A DNA stretch of 63,846 nucleotides, taken from positions 1 through 63,846 of the IMG/VR virus record IMGVR_UViG_3300036766_002130; one strand, given 5' to 3'. A program made the position numbers and the translations under genes. The first letter of the stretch is position 1, and each line of letters opens with the position of its first letter. Source of the stretch: a virus (taxonomy: Duplodnaviria; Caudoviricetes). Positions 19,342 through 29,182 of the stretch are shown here, one piece after another. The notes under the pieces are model-generated. The model did no database searches, had not been told where the DNA came from, and worked only from the letters and a program-made list of their open reading frames with translations.

Positions 19342-19560
19342 TCAACCCCCACCCTTTTTTTCATTATTTGCTACCATTTTCTTTTCATAATATCGCACTT
19401 GACACTGATACTTCTTAACTAACTTGCTTGCTCGCTTCACTTTGCGTTGCCACTCCTCTCTCTTCCTTCTCATATTCTCATAACTTTGGTTCACTATCTC
19501 AGCGAACTTTCCCAGTGTACTCTCTTGTTCTTCTTCTGCCATTTCATTATTCTTCTTCAA
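19342..19560 (-). CDS. Basic coiled-coil hypothetical protein
   Basis: ORF overlapping the upstream stop. Confidence 0.5.
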   Translation of the reverse strand: MKKNNEMAEEEQESTLGKFAEIVNQSYENMRRKREEWQRKVKRASKLVKKYQCQVRYYEKKMVANNEKKGGG

Positions 19561-20098
19561 GCCAAATTGCTAGATCAAGTATCAAATCATCCACCCCATA
19601 AAGTTTCTTAGCCTCAGCAACATATGCATTAGCTCGCTGTTCCTCTATTCGGTCGTCATGTCGAACCCGTCGACCACTTGGAGTTCGAGGGGATACTTCT
19701 CTAACACCTTGTTGGTAATCCCGGATGTGCCCCCATTCATGTTGAGCTACTTCATAGAAATATGCAGCTCGCTTAAGGGAGTCCAAATTTTCAAAAGTGC
19801 TCTTTGCTGGTAATCGTATTTCAACCCAGCCTCCATCCGTTCGAATCAGCTTACCAAGAGGAACTTTACCCAAAGGCACCCTATGGATGTGTCCACGTCT
19901 ACTTTTGAAATTTCTAAGATGCCAAGAATACACAAGTGGTTGTTGATAGGCAACACCACTTCCCTCACGATAGGATTGACGGATCTGAGTTACCTTAACC
20001 ACTACACCTGTAGTTCGTGCCCCTACTGACTTACCTGCAGCTATAAGAAGCGGCTTAAGTATGCTACCCGGGCACTTAGTTTTGTTGTATAGCTTCAT
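19547..20098 (-). CDS. HExxH metallopeptidase-like protein
   Basis: AQHEWGH...E.RAN.Y. Confidence 0.55.
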   Translation of the reverse strand: MKLYNKTKCPGSILKPLLIAAGKSVGARTTGVVVKVTQIRQSYREGSGVAYQQPLVYSWHLRNFKSRRGHIHRVPLGKVPLGKLIRTDGGWVEIRLPAKSTFENLDSLKRAAYFYEVAQHEWGHIRDYQQGVREVSPRTPSGRRVRHDDRIEEQRANAYVAEAKKLYGVDDLILDLAIWLEEE

Positions 20099-20154
20099 AA
20101 TCCTGAACCATCGCGTTATGGTAGAACAATCTTTTTACTAATTTTGTCTCCTTT

Positions 20155-20215
20155 TTTATAAATTATAAGTTATTTTTGAGGATTTCAAAATGAAAAATTG
20201 GAATTTTTCAAATTT
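20155..20215 (-). promoter_or_regulatory. Repeated phage promoter copy
   Basis: TTTGAA...TATAAT on the minus strand with the same upstream tract. Confidence 0.7.
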
Positions 20216-20297
20216 TTGTAAGAATCATTACCCAACTCACGAGAGTATCACCCATTAGAATTCATTAGGCCTTCAATTCTCCAAAACATATCTAACT

Positions 20298-20507
20298 TCA
20301 TCTTGGATATGTGTAACCAAATAAAGATTCATAAACTGCCTGATAAATATCAATTCTATTACAAATCAATACTGCTTTGAACTCATCAACCTCAGCATCC
20401 CGAACACAACGCCAATATTTAATACACTCCTCTAAGTATGCCATCACATCTTTTTTCGTGAACTTAACCACATCCACGCCATTAATTGACTCGGTTTTGT
20501 ACTTCAT
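20298..20507 (-). CDS. Hypothetical protein
   Basis: ORF with RBS. Confidence 0.55.
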   Translation of the reverse strand: MKYKTESINGVDVVKFTKKDVMAYLEECIKYWRCVRDAEVDEFKAVLICNRIDIYQAVYESLFGYTYPR

Positions 20508-20519
20508 TATTTTTCCCTT

Positions 20520-20882
20520 TCAACCTCGCCCAAATTCCTTACCACATTCATTGCAGCGAAAGATCCAAATTTTTTCGAGAGGATCATAATTTGCGCTTAG
20601 ACACCCACAACATTCACCATCATATACCGTACCTTCTGGACAAGCAATTGTAGTCGCCATTGTTTCTGTTTTGTTCGCTGTTGTAATCTTCGGCGGATTT
20701 GTATTCATATTTGACTCTAGTAACTGGCAAATAAAATCTATTGCATCCTTTGGTGTTGCTCCTTTAGATGAAGGATAATTCCATTCAGGAGGCCAATCAT
20801 GGGTGAATTTGCTATAAAACTTTTGTTCCCAACCATCAGTATCTCTACTTCTCTCTTTATTTATAATCTCTTGTTTCGTCAT
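20520..20882 (-). CDS. Hypothetical protein with C-terminal zinc ribbon
   Basis: CP...C...CNECG; AGGAG RBS. Confidence 0.55.
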   Translation of the reverse strand: MTKQEIINKERSRDTDGWEQKFYSKFTHDWPPEWNYPSSKGATPKDAIDFICQLLESNMNTNPPKITTANKTETMATTIACPEGTVYDGECCGCLSANYDPLEKIWIFRCNECGKEFGRG

Positions 20883-21474
20883 TTTATTCTCCTGTTAATG
20901 TACTTAGTCCTTAATTTTTCCACATTCATCATCAAACGCTAATGTAGTAGCTATTATACTTGGAAACCCTGCGGGCCTTTGGCATGCGCTGCAACACGCT
21001 TTGCGATAAGACGGTCTTACCGGTAAAAAAAGAAAAGCCATCCTTGGCTAAGAGTTAACCACTTTGCTTTTTCCGCTTTAATGACAATGTTACCTTTGAA
21101 CCTCCACACATGTATTGTAGACGGAGGTAATTACTAATATCCTCAAAAGCATCGTCTGTAATTTCAAGTATTATCTTTTTCATTAGGTCTTGCCTTCCTC
21201 CTTACGGAAATCCAAAATGTACCACAAGATCAAGAGGTAGTAAAAATTACCAAAAATTTATGTACTTTTTAACTATTGACAATTTCTTCTCTCAAGTTCC
21301 TTCTGTATCTTCGAAACAACAGCTTCCACTGCAGATGTAGGAATATAAACTGCTTTAGATCTTTCAATTAAACTCTCACCATCTGCCAGAAGCTTCTGCA
21401 ACTCCTCTGTAGATATATCTTGTATTTGCTTAGCCATTATCAACCTTTTTAGTAAAGCAGTGCCACCCTAACCT

Positions 21475-21819
21475 TTATATACTGCTCCACAACCACGGTA
21501 GTACTGTGTTGCTTTCTAGCCTCTTCACAATAACATCAAGAAAAAATTCTTCAAACTCAAGAATCCTGCAGTCTTTCATCTTGTATAGCCCTTGATCTAA
21601 CCATATTAATAGACAGGGAGACATCCCCAATCTTTCTCTAATCTCAACACATTTCTTTGGATCTTTTGAATAAGCTACCAATATTTTACGCTTAATTTTT
21701 GCTTGTTCAAGATCTTTTGCAATAGGATTAGTTGAAAATATAAAATCATCTTTAGTTAAAGCGGGACAAGGTATTTCTTCTAATTTAATAGATAGACCAA
21801 GCAAATTCTCATTTGCCAT
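21475..21819 (-). CDS. Hypothetical protein
   Basis: ORF with a GGGAG RBS. Confidence 0.5.
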   Translation of the reverse strand: MANENLLGLSIKLEEIPCPALTKDDFIFSTNPIAKDLEQAKIKRKILVAYSKDPKKCVEIRERLGMSPCLLIWLDQGLYKMKDCRILEFEEFFLDVIVKRLESNTVLPWLWSSI

Positions 21820-21898
21820 TTAACTTTCTCCCTTCATATTTGGCTATCAATAAAGCGTCGCTTCGACCATCAAGTTTCCTTCCTCTCGGAGTAGACAG
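21809..21898 (-). pseudogene. C-terminal remnant of a RuvC-like Holliday junction resolvase
   Basis: Reads LSTPRGRKLDGRSDALLIAKY...stop; the rest of the resolvase is missing. Confidence 0.55.
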
Positions 21899-22182
21899 TT
21901 TTCATTTTTCTCTTTAAGAGCACTTCACTCTAATCCTTCAATTCTCCAAACACTATTCTCACAAATAGCTGGTATATCCTCCTTCAAAAGCTCAATTATC
22001 TCTTGTTCCTTCTCTTCTTTAGTTGTATTCCCCAAACCTTCTAAAAGGTCATCAATGCCCCACCAGTCTTCAATTTCATACTCAATAACAAGTTTTCAGC
22101 TTCATTTTTAACCCCTTCATTCTTCAACTTATTCTCCTGCTCAACTAATATTTTTCATAGTAATAGTCCATTCTTGTTCTCC

Positions 22183-22239
22183 TCAGAAATTCAAAAATTC
22201 TTGTCTCATAGCTTTATTCGTTCGCATCTTACCAAGTAT
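22183..22239 (-). pseudogene. Remnant C-terminus of a second folE
   Basis: Reads ILGKMRTNKAMRQEFLNF-stop directly after the folE stop; parallels the FolE tail IEGSFSEDEVRSEFLSL. Confidence 0.6.
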
Positions 22240-22242
22240 TAG

Positions 22243-23286
22243 TTATTGTTTGATTAAGGATAAAAACTCAGATCGCACCTCATCCTCTGAAAAACTCCCT
22301 TCTATCGCACTCGTAACAAGCTCCGAGGAGTTTGTCTTCACTCCTCGAATCTTCATACACATATGCTCCCCTTTCAACAAAACAAACACCCCTCGGGGTT
22401 TCAACATACTGGAAAGTGAATCCTTTACTTTACTGGTAATATTTTCTTGCAAGTCTGGGACAGAACAAAATAGCTCTACCAATCTCTGAGGTTTGGATGC
22501 TCCAAGAACAAATCCATTAGGAATAATCCCAATATAATACTTGTATAGCACAGGCAACAAATGATGTGGACACATCCCTATAGTCTCTCCTTTATAAATA
22601 ATCATCTCATCATTTTGGGAAGGAAAAACTGTAGATAGGATGTCCTTTACTTCTGCTCCAAAGTTTAGAAACAAACCTGAGCAGAGCTCCATATACATTC
22701 TAGATACTCTTTGGGGGGTTTCCTTGAAATTAGGATCATCTAAAGGAATCTTCATTGAATGCAGGAGGGCATGAATTGCTCGCTTAATCATGTTCATACC
22801 TGCAAATTTTTGTTCTTCTCTTCTAATCCTGTTATGAAGCTTTCCATGGCAACTTTTACATAACAAAATATAGTTGGATAAGTCAGAAGAGTAGTAGTCA
22901 TAGGATAAGTGATGGGAACACAACTGACCAGCACAATCACACTTCTTCCCACACCTCTCACAAACCAACCCCCTCTCATCTACCAACTTCTTTTTGATAG
23001 TTCTATCATTTTTTTGGTAAGTTATTACAAGAGTTTTGCTCCCCCTTCTTTTTATTTGCTTTGCCCTCTTCTTTCCATAAATCTTTTCATATGTTTTACC
23101 TCTAGTATTTTGATTCTTCAACTTCTTGGTTTGCTCTGTCTCAATAGGAGCGTCTGGAAACTTCCCCATATACTCTTTCACGGTTATTCCATGAAACTTT
23201 CCTAGATGAGTATTAGTAATCTCTTTAAAACGTTTTTGACACAATCTACAAACCACAAAATCAACTTCTTCTTTACCTTCCATCAT
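22243..23286 (-). CDS. folE: GTP cyclohydrolase I fused to an N-terminal zinc finger, NUMOD3-like and HNH region
   Basis: N-terminal: CRLC...HL..FH, GKTYEKIYG, CERC...HH...NYILLCKSCH..LH. C-terminal: ETPQRV, MCPHHLLP, LQE, HMCMKIRG. Confidence 0.9.
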   Translation of the reverse strand: MMEGKEEVDFVVCRLCQKRFKEITNTHLGKFHGITVKEYMGKFPDAPIETEQTKKLKNQNTRGKTYEKIYGKKRAKQIKRRGSKTLVITYQKNDRTIKKKLVDERGLVCERCGKKCDCAGQLCSHHLSYDYYSSDLSNYILLCKSCHGKLHNRIRREEQKFAGMNMIKRAIHALLHSMKIPLDDPNFKETPQRVSRMYMELCSGLFLNFGAEVKDILSTVFPSQNDEMIIYKGETIGMCPHHLLPVLYKYYIGIIPNGFVLGASKPQRLVELFCSVPDLQENITSKVKDSLSSMLKPRGVFVLLKGEHMCMKIRGVKTNSSELVTSAIEGSFSEDEVRSEFLSLIKQ

Positions 23287-23365
23287 AGAACACTTCCCCT
23301 TTCAAAAGTAAACAATATCAGTCTTCATCTTTAACTAACACAAAACAAGCCTATCCTAATTGTAA

Positions 23366-24871
23366 TTATACCTCTACCTCACGTGAACTCTTGTGGAAAT
23401 CCTTGATGTAAGCCATTGTTTCTTGTACCAAGTTAAATCGCTCGGATCTCTTCTCAATAACTCTTTCCTCAATCGAATTTTCCATCACCAAATCAACAAC
23501 CAGAGATTTCTTTGTTTGTCCCTTCCTGTGCACTCTCCCCACACATTGTTTCCGCATCTTAGGTGAGGATAATGGGGTGAAGAATACAACCATGTTAGCT
23601 ATAAATGCGTCAAATCCCTCACTCGCACAAGTACATTGTGATAACAAAACTTTAGTATTACCATCTTCAGAGAATCGCGTGATTTCAGCTTCTCTATCCA
23701 AACTGCTCTGCCCCCCAAAAGCCGAACAGAAAGAAATATTCTGCCTTCTAAGAGCTTCTGATATAATGTTTCTCTCCTCAGTATACCAGTAAAAAACAAT
23801 CACCTTTGAACCTGTATCTTCGAGCAAATCAAGAAGTGCCTCAACTTTTGGATTCTTTTTCAATCTATATACTTCATTATCTTCTCCATAGTAGAAAAAT
23901 CCACTCGGGAGTTCTCTTAACACATGTGCTTTCACTTTTATCTTCTTATCAAGTAGAATCTCAGTTTCGGGAAGCTTTAGTAATTTATTCTCTATAATAC
24001 CCTTTTGAAGTTTAAGAAATTGCTCCGAAGGATGAATATACCTGACTATCTCCTGAATAGGAGGTAGCTCAAAACACTCCTCTCTGGAAAAACTTAGGGT
24101 AGTATCGGAGATCCTATTTAGTATTTTCTCCTCACAACCGGGTTTAAGGTTCCACTCAACCCACTTTCTTCCCCACTTGCTCCCGCAAACCTTCCTATCA
24201 AAATACTGATACCGATAGTTGAAGAAGTTAGTACCTAATGACTTCCCAAGATCGATAACCCGAAAAATATTGAACAATTCAAGGTAGCTCTTGTCTACCG
24301 GAGTCCCTGTTAGGCCAATAACATATTTTGCTCTCTTTGATAGTTCAAGACAAATTTTGGATTGTAAGGCGTCGTAGTTCTTGCACTTGTGAACTTCATC
24401 CAGGATAATACAATCAAATTCGTGCACAAAGGAGTCCGGAATTATTTTCCAACCCTCCCCTTTGTATAACTTAGCATAGATCGTCTTTAGGCCCTCATAG
24501 GTAATTATAAATATGTCTTTTTTTCTCTTTATAGCTCTTTTTCTATCCCTTCCACTATCCTTTCCACTACCTGTAAGAAAGGAGTAAGAAAAGTCTGTAT
24601 AGTTTTTGAGGTCTCTTCTCCAAGATCCGAATGCAGAAGAAGGGCAAACCACTAGCGTTTTCCTACAGTCCCAGAGTTTAAGCGTAGCTAGTGCTGCCAA
24701 AGTCTTTCCAACACCAACATCATGAAAGAATGCGACTCTGAATTTCTCAGAAGCAAAAGCCAATGAGATGAGTTGATGCCACATGAGAGGTATCTTGATA
24801 TCTATCTTAGCATCTTCAAATGCAAAATTCAACTCATCTTTAGTAAGTGACTTGTAATCAAGGTTTAGCAC
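23366..24871 (-). CDS. SNF2-family helicase
   Basis: DVGVGKT, LDEVH, LTGTP, GRVHRKGQ. Confidence 0.9.
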   Translation of the reverse strand: MLNLDYKSLTKDELNFAFEDAKIDIKIPLMWHQLISLAFASEKFRVAFFHDVGVGKTLAALATLKLWDCRKTLVVCPSSAFGSWRRDLKNYTDFSYSFLTGSGKDSGRDRKRAIKRKKDIFIITYEGLKTIYAKLYKGEGWKIIPDSFVHEFDCIILDEVHKCKNYDALQSKICLELSKRAKYVIGLTGTPVDKSYLELFNIFRVIDLGKSLGTNFFNYRYQYFDRKVCGSKWGRKWVEWNLKPGCEEKILNRISDTTLSFSREECFELPPIQEIVRYIHPSEQFLKLQKGIIENKLLKLPETEILLDKKIKVKAHVLRELPSGFFYYGEDNEVYRLKKNPKVEALLDLLEDTGSKVIVFYWYTEERNIISEALRRQNISFCSAFGGQSSLDREAEITRFSEDGNTKVLLSQCTCASEGFDAFIANMVVFFTPLSSPKMRKQCVGRVHRKGQTKKSLVVDLVMENSIEERVIEKRSERFNLVQETMAYIKDFHKSSREVEV

Positions 24872-24932
24872 TCTTACCCTCTTCCTTAGAACTACATCCC
24901 ACTAAATCAAATGGTTCCATTAAAATTCTCCT

Positions 24933-25230
24933 TCAGTAGTTAGATGTAATTGTTAGATGAAACGGGTCCTTACACTCATCCTTCTTCGACCACAAGTAGG
25001 TATCAACTTGCTCACAGGTACAACCAGCGTAATCTGCTATCATTTTACAAGCTACTATAGTAGCTGCTCGAATCTCACATTCCATTTGAGAACCTTCCGG
25101 AATTGGATTTCCTACCTTCACATGAAAATTTAACAAGGGGTCATAACCAATACATCCACACCACCTTAACATCTTTGGAACCTGATAATCTACTGGAACC
25201 GGAAGTTTGTAAATACCCTTAGAAAAGAGA
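24933..25230 (-). pseudogene. C-terminal fragment of a queuosine salvage glycosylase (DUF2419/Qng1-like)
   Basis: Frame extends upstream: KLPVPVDYQVPKMLR..G...Y...GSQMECEIRAATI...VDTYLW...PFHLTITSNY. Confidence 0.65.
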
Positions 25231-25437
25231 CTATACCCCCTCTAACTCTTGCTGTATATCTAATACAATATCAGATTCACTAAGTTCCTCTCCATAATGA
25301 AAATTTATTCTATCCAATACCCAATTCAAAGCAGCAATATAACCTTCTTTCTTTTTCTGCCGCCAACCATCAACAATTTGTTGATCCGGAACAGCTGTTA
25401 AAATCTCACGCGGAAATATCTTATCAAATTGACTCAT
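25231..25437 (-). CDS. Hypothetical protein
   Basis: ORF track. Confidence 0.5.
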   Translation of the reverse strand: MSQFDKIFPREILTAVPDQQIVDGWRQKKKEGYIAALNWVLDRINFHYGEELSESDIVLDIQQELEGV

Positions 25438-26200
25438 TTCTACCCTCCTCTAATTCTTTCTCAAGGTCATCAAGTTCTGCACACTTATCCCCAGTAGCTT
25501 GCTTAAGTTCGGATATCATTTCTTTAATATCCTCTTTAACCCCATTCCAAGTTTCATCTCTTTTCTCCGGAACACCAGCAAAACTAATCTCATTCAAAAC
25601 TTCTGAAATCAACTCATATACTGTGAAACAAGTTGTTCCTGATACATAAACATAATCAAAGGGGCTCTCCCACCGCTTTAAGGGAATTCCAAATTTCTTT
25701 CCCAACGTAATAAGAAAACGGATAAACTTTGAAGGGATCTTTAGCTCACTCACCTTAAAAGTTTTATTCAACCGAAGTGGGATATATTTCATCTCATTAA
25801 GTGGGGAAAATTCAATACCATAACCATCGCCGGTTTTTTCATTTACCCCACAAACATCAACCCATATTTCAACTTCTCCGTCGAAACGCTCCCCATATCT
25901 CCTAAGTTCAACATAGTCTATTTTACTCCTTTCCCCACCCTCTGGCATTGGTTTCCTTATTTCATCAATGAAAGCCTGGAGTGGGTGATGCCCAAGATGA
26001 GAACTAAAAACTGCATTGAACAAATCTTTTTCCCTTTCAATGTAGTCAAATAGATCAGCAAAGGTAAAATTGTCGTCAAGTTCAACTACTTCGTTGAAAT
26101 AAGGGGAAAGTTTGTCAACCTCTTTCTCAACATATTTATCACAATTCGGTTTATACCAATGTGTTGCGTAGATAATTTTATTTTTTGTCAATCTAATCAT
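25424..26200 (-). CDS. Hypothetical protein
   Basis: 258-aa ORF with an AGGAG RBS. Confidence 0.7.
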   Translation of the reverse strand: MIRLTKNKIIYATHWYKPNCDKYVEKEVDKLSPYFNEVVELDDNFTFADLFDYIEREKDLFNAVFSSHLGHHPLQAFIDEIRKPMPEGGERSKIDYVELRRYGERFDGEVEIWVDVCGVNEKTGDGYGIEFSPLNEMKYIPLRLNKTFKVSELKIPSKFIRFLITLGKKFGIPLKRWESPFDYVYVSGTTCFTVYELISEVLNEISFAGVPEKRDETWNGVKEDIKEMISELKQATGDKCAELDDLEKELEEGRNESI

Positions 26201-26332
26201 TTCTTATTCTCCTATATTCTATTCTACTATAATCAGAAAAATAAAAGGGAGGAAATAATCTATTTCTAGCTGCCTTGTTTATACAAGGGGTACCATATTG
26301 TTGGTCCGTGTTATAAGCAAATAGTTTATACA

Positions 26333-27232
26333 TCATGCTTTCAATCCTCTTACTTTCTGAAACATTTCTCGAATGTTTAAACCAGCAACATTCACTCTCT
26401 CCGAGATCGAATTCTTTGCATACTGCATTTTAACTGCATCAACATACATTGTAAACTGGCCATCATCCCCCATATAATACTTATCCCAAACCTTCCCCGG
26501 TAACTTGCTCTTCAAATCAAGTTGCTCTATAGCAAGGTTATCAAAGGAGACAAGTAAATCTTCTCTACTCAAAACCATTCCCAGGTGGTATTTCCAGTAA
26601 TCTATTTTGGGTTTATCATTAGCAAAGTAATCTTTACCTCTTCCATATTTCTTATCCCCAAGCAGAAGTACTTTACAAGGTCGCTTCAAAGCCAAAACAT
26701 CAAATGGGGTACTCTCTCCTAAAATACAATGCCAAACAACATCATTAAGTTGATTATCAAGAAGGCTATTTGGTAAGTACCCCCGAATGGAAATACCAAT
26801 TCCATATATCAACCCACATTGTTGCCATTCCTTCAAGAGAACTACTCTCAGAGGATGCAATAAAAATAAATGAAGCTCATTCACAGTTAGGCTAGCAACC
26901 AAGCCCTTATTCTTTAGTAGTATAAGAATTTCCTTTAGTTGTGGGTGCTCAAAAGGATTTCCACCCCCAATAGCAATTTCTACTCCTGGGGGAAGTCCAT
27001 TTGTTACCTTGTCAATATTTTCAACCCTTGCATGGTTTCCATTCTCTCGACCATTCTCGTGACAGTAAGAACAATTCAAGTCACAGACTTCAGTTATTTT
27101 CAGGTCGATAGACTCTGGAAACTCAACTATACCTTCACTGTCAGTCTGCTCCCTTACTTTAGTACCATCGCTGTAAAGCGAAACTAGGAAAGAGCCATTC
27201 CGGTATTGAGCGAGTTTTCTAGTGGTTATCAT
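26333..27232 (-). CDS. Radical SAM protein
   Basis: DLKITEVCDLNCSYCHE, GGGNP, SFDNLA. Confidence 0.88.
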   Translation of the reverse strand: MITTRKLAQYRNGSFLVSLYSDGTKVREQTDSEGIVEFPESIDLKITEVCDLNCSYCHENGRENGNHARVENIDKVTNGLPPGVEIAIGGGNPFEHPQLKEILILLKNKGLVASLTVNELHLFLLHPLRVVLLKEWQQCGLIYGIGISIRGYLPNSLLDNQLNDVVWHCILGESTPFDVLALKRPCKVLLLGDKKYGRGKDYFANDKPKIDYWKYHLGMVLSREDLLVSFDNLAIEQLDLKSKLPGKVWDKYYMGDDGQFTMYVDAVKMQYAKNSISERVNVAGLNIREMFQKVRGLKA

Positions 27233-27656
27233 TGTCTATCACCAAGATTGAATTTGGGTTAAAGATAAAGTTTTCCAAAACATCTTCACTAACAAACAAT
27301 TCTCGTCCTACCTCTGAACTCTGATGGTCAATATGCCCCCATGGAGAATATGTTACACAAGATCCCGCAAACTCTACTTCATATCCCGTAACTTCCATAA
27401 TAACTGTTTCCAGCATCTCTAAACACTCTTCGCTCTCTGCTTGTTTAGCCCAAGTCAGAGCATAGGAAGCTTTCGTTGCAGCATCACTAAACCTCTCTGG
27501 GCCCCATCCAAATTCTCCCGGATATATCCTTATCACCCCTCCTTCTACATCAAATCTGTTGCCAGTTCTCTCGAAATCCCCTTTTCCTAGTATTATAGAA
27601 TGGCAACTAGAGCTATTTGTTTCAAAAATACCTTTCCTCACCTTTTTCTTATACAT
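27219..27656 (-). CDS. Conserved phage protein with FETNSSSxHS motif
   Basis: RKGIFETNSSSCHS, HIDHQS, ends DNDNH; coupled to the radical SAM gene. Confidence 0.7.
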   Translation of the reverse strand: MYKKKVRKGIFETNSSSCHSIILGKGDFERTGNRFDVEGGVIRIYPGEFGWGPERFSDAATKASYALTWAKQAESEECLEMLETVIMEVTGYEVEFAGSCVTYSPWGHIDHQSSEVGRELFVSEDVLENFIFNPNSILVIDNDNH

Positions 27657-27680
27657 AGATAAACCTCACTTTCTATTGTT

Positions 27681-27902
27681 TTATTCTTCTTCTACTAAAG
27701 CTTCCCCAAATAATCTCCAGCACTCAGCAACAGTATACCGCTGCATACCTTCTATTAGATGGTATTCTGTCTTGGAGAAGGTATTAGTTAGCCGGATAAT
27801 CATCTCAAAGTATTCATCCGATTCAGCATCGTACCCAAGGGCCTCTAAATCTCCTCCAAACATTGCTAAATCGCTTAAGTTGACTGTAGAAGTATTATTC
27901 AT
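27681..27902 (-). CDS. Hypothetical protein
   Basis: ORF track. Confidence 0.5.
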   Translation of the reverse strand: MNNTSTVNLSDLAMFGGDLEALGYDAESDEYFEMIIRLTNTFSKTEYHLIEGMQRYTVAECWRLFGEALVEEE

Positions 27903-28015
27903 CTTTTACCCCCTGCACAGTATTAAAATAGGAAGTGGTAAGCATAGCAATATTAGCATCGCCGAAGTGAGCAAGATCACTTTAGCATTACCACCCCCAA
28001 GTTATTATACTCAAC

Positions 28016-28447
28016 TTATCTTGGAATTACCGTCAGGTTTAACATTGCGACCTGTATCTGCTTCCCAGCCATACCCATCAAATCTGAATCGAGTAAATCA
28101 GCCATATTTACTCTAATGCAGACCTCAGTAGTTCCACCTGGCCAATTAATATACTTTCCGGGATTCTGGAACCAGCACTTCCAAGCACCTGCAAATACAG
28201 GGTCTGAAATTGCACATGTAATACTGAAGTTGAAATTACAAGCAAACTGAAGTTGACCACAACCTTGAAAATTTCGCCCAAGCAAGCCCCCTTCTTGTGC
28301 TAGAACTATTGGGCTAACTGGGCTTATCTCGATATACCAAGGAACGTTCATTTTAACTGGAATGTCCACTGGGTAAGTTGGAGCAGAATTTGCCCACAGC
28401 ACCGAACTAAAAAGAACCATAATTAACAATACAATTAGCTTTTTCAT
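28016..28447 (-). CDS. Secreted protein with the MKKLIV signal module
   Basis: Signal peptide; shared leader TTTGAAAGGACAGTAAGATG. Confidence 0.7.
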   Translation of the reverse strand: MKKLIVLLIMVLFSSVLWANSAPTYPVDIPVKMNVPWYIEISPVSPIVLAQEGGLLGRNFQGCGQLQFACNFNFSITCAISDPVFAGAWKCWFQNPGKYINWPGGTTEVCIRVNMADLLDSDLMGMAGKQIQVAMLNLTVIPR

Positions 28448-28448
28448 C

Positions 28449-28640
28449 TTACTGTCCTTTCAAATAAAGTTTAGTTAGCTCTTCGATTGCACAATAAATT
28501 ACCATTATTGGGCACAAAATGAACCCAAGCACTATAAGCGTATAACGCTTACTCCAAAGTCTTCCCCAATTACAAAATATGTATATAGCAAAAACTAAAT
28601 AACAGATAGTGCAGTAATACCGAATAATGCTTGATAGCAT
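28449..28640 (-). CDS. Small membrane protein
   Basis: Two hydrophobic segments. Confidence 0.5.
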   Translation of the reverse strand: MLSSIIRYYCTICYLVFAIYIFCNWGRLWSKRYTLIVLGFILCPIMVIYCAIEELTKLYLKGQ

Positions 28641-28658
28641 TTGCTTTACCCCTCTTTC

Positions 28659-29051
28659 TTATTCCTCTTTTATTTCTTTGACTTCCCGAATGCTAACTGA
28701 AGGATCCCCAACTTTCTTTAACGCATTAATCTCCGGATGACCAACAGCATAACCTTCAAGAGCCCTTGCATCCCAAGTGGTCCTTCCTTTGGTAAATATA
28801 GCTTGCAGCTTTTGACCTTTTCTCGATAACCCAGATTTAACCACCTCCACTTTGATCTCTTCAGTCAGATCGACTTCCTGCTTTGCCATAAGCTTTAGTG
28901 CATCCTGAACTTCATCATTCCTACCTTTGAGATCTGGGCATCTTGATAGAGCCTCATAAATAAGAGTCTGAGCCTCTTTAGTGAAATCCTTCTGAACTTC
29001 CCTAATCTCTGCCAATTGGTCTAACTTTTTTTCTATCTCGATCTTTGCCAT
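28659..29051 (-). CDS. Hypothetical phage protein
   Basis: Behind a repeated promoter; KGRTTWD..LEGYA..HPE. Confidence 0.65.
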   Translation of the reverse strand: MAKIEIEKKLDQLAEIREVQKDFTKEAQTLIYEALSRCPDLKGRNDEVQDALKLMAKQEVDLTEEIKVEVVKSGLSRKGQKLQAIFTKGRTTWDARALEGYAVGHPEINALKKVGDPSVSIREVKEIKEE

Positions 29052-29089
29052 CTGTTTATCCTTTATAAAAACCTTGTTTTTTGTCCTCT

Positions 29090-29152
29090 TTTATAAATTA
29101 TAACCTATTTTTGGGGGAGATACAAATGAAAAATTGGAATTTTTCAAGATTT
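29090..29152 (-). promoter_or_regulatory. Repeated phage promoter copy
   Basis: ttataaattataacctatttttgggggagatacaaatgaaaaattggaatttt. Confidence 0.75.
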
Positions 29153-29182
29153 TTTATTGTCTTTTGCATCTTCTCTTCCTTC

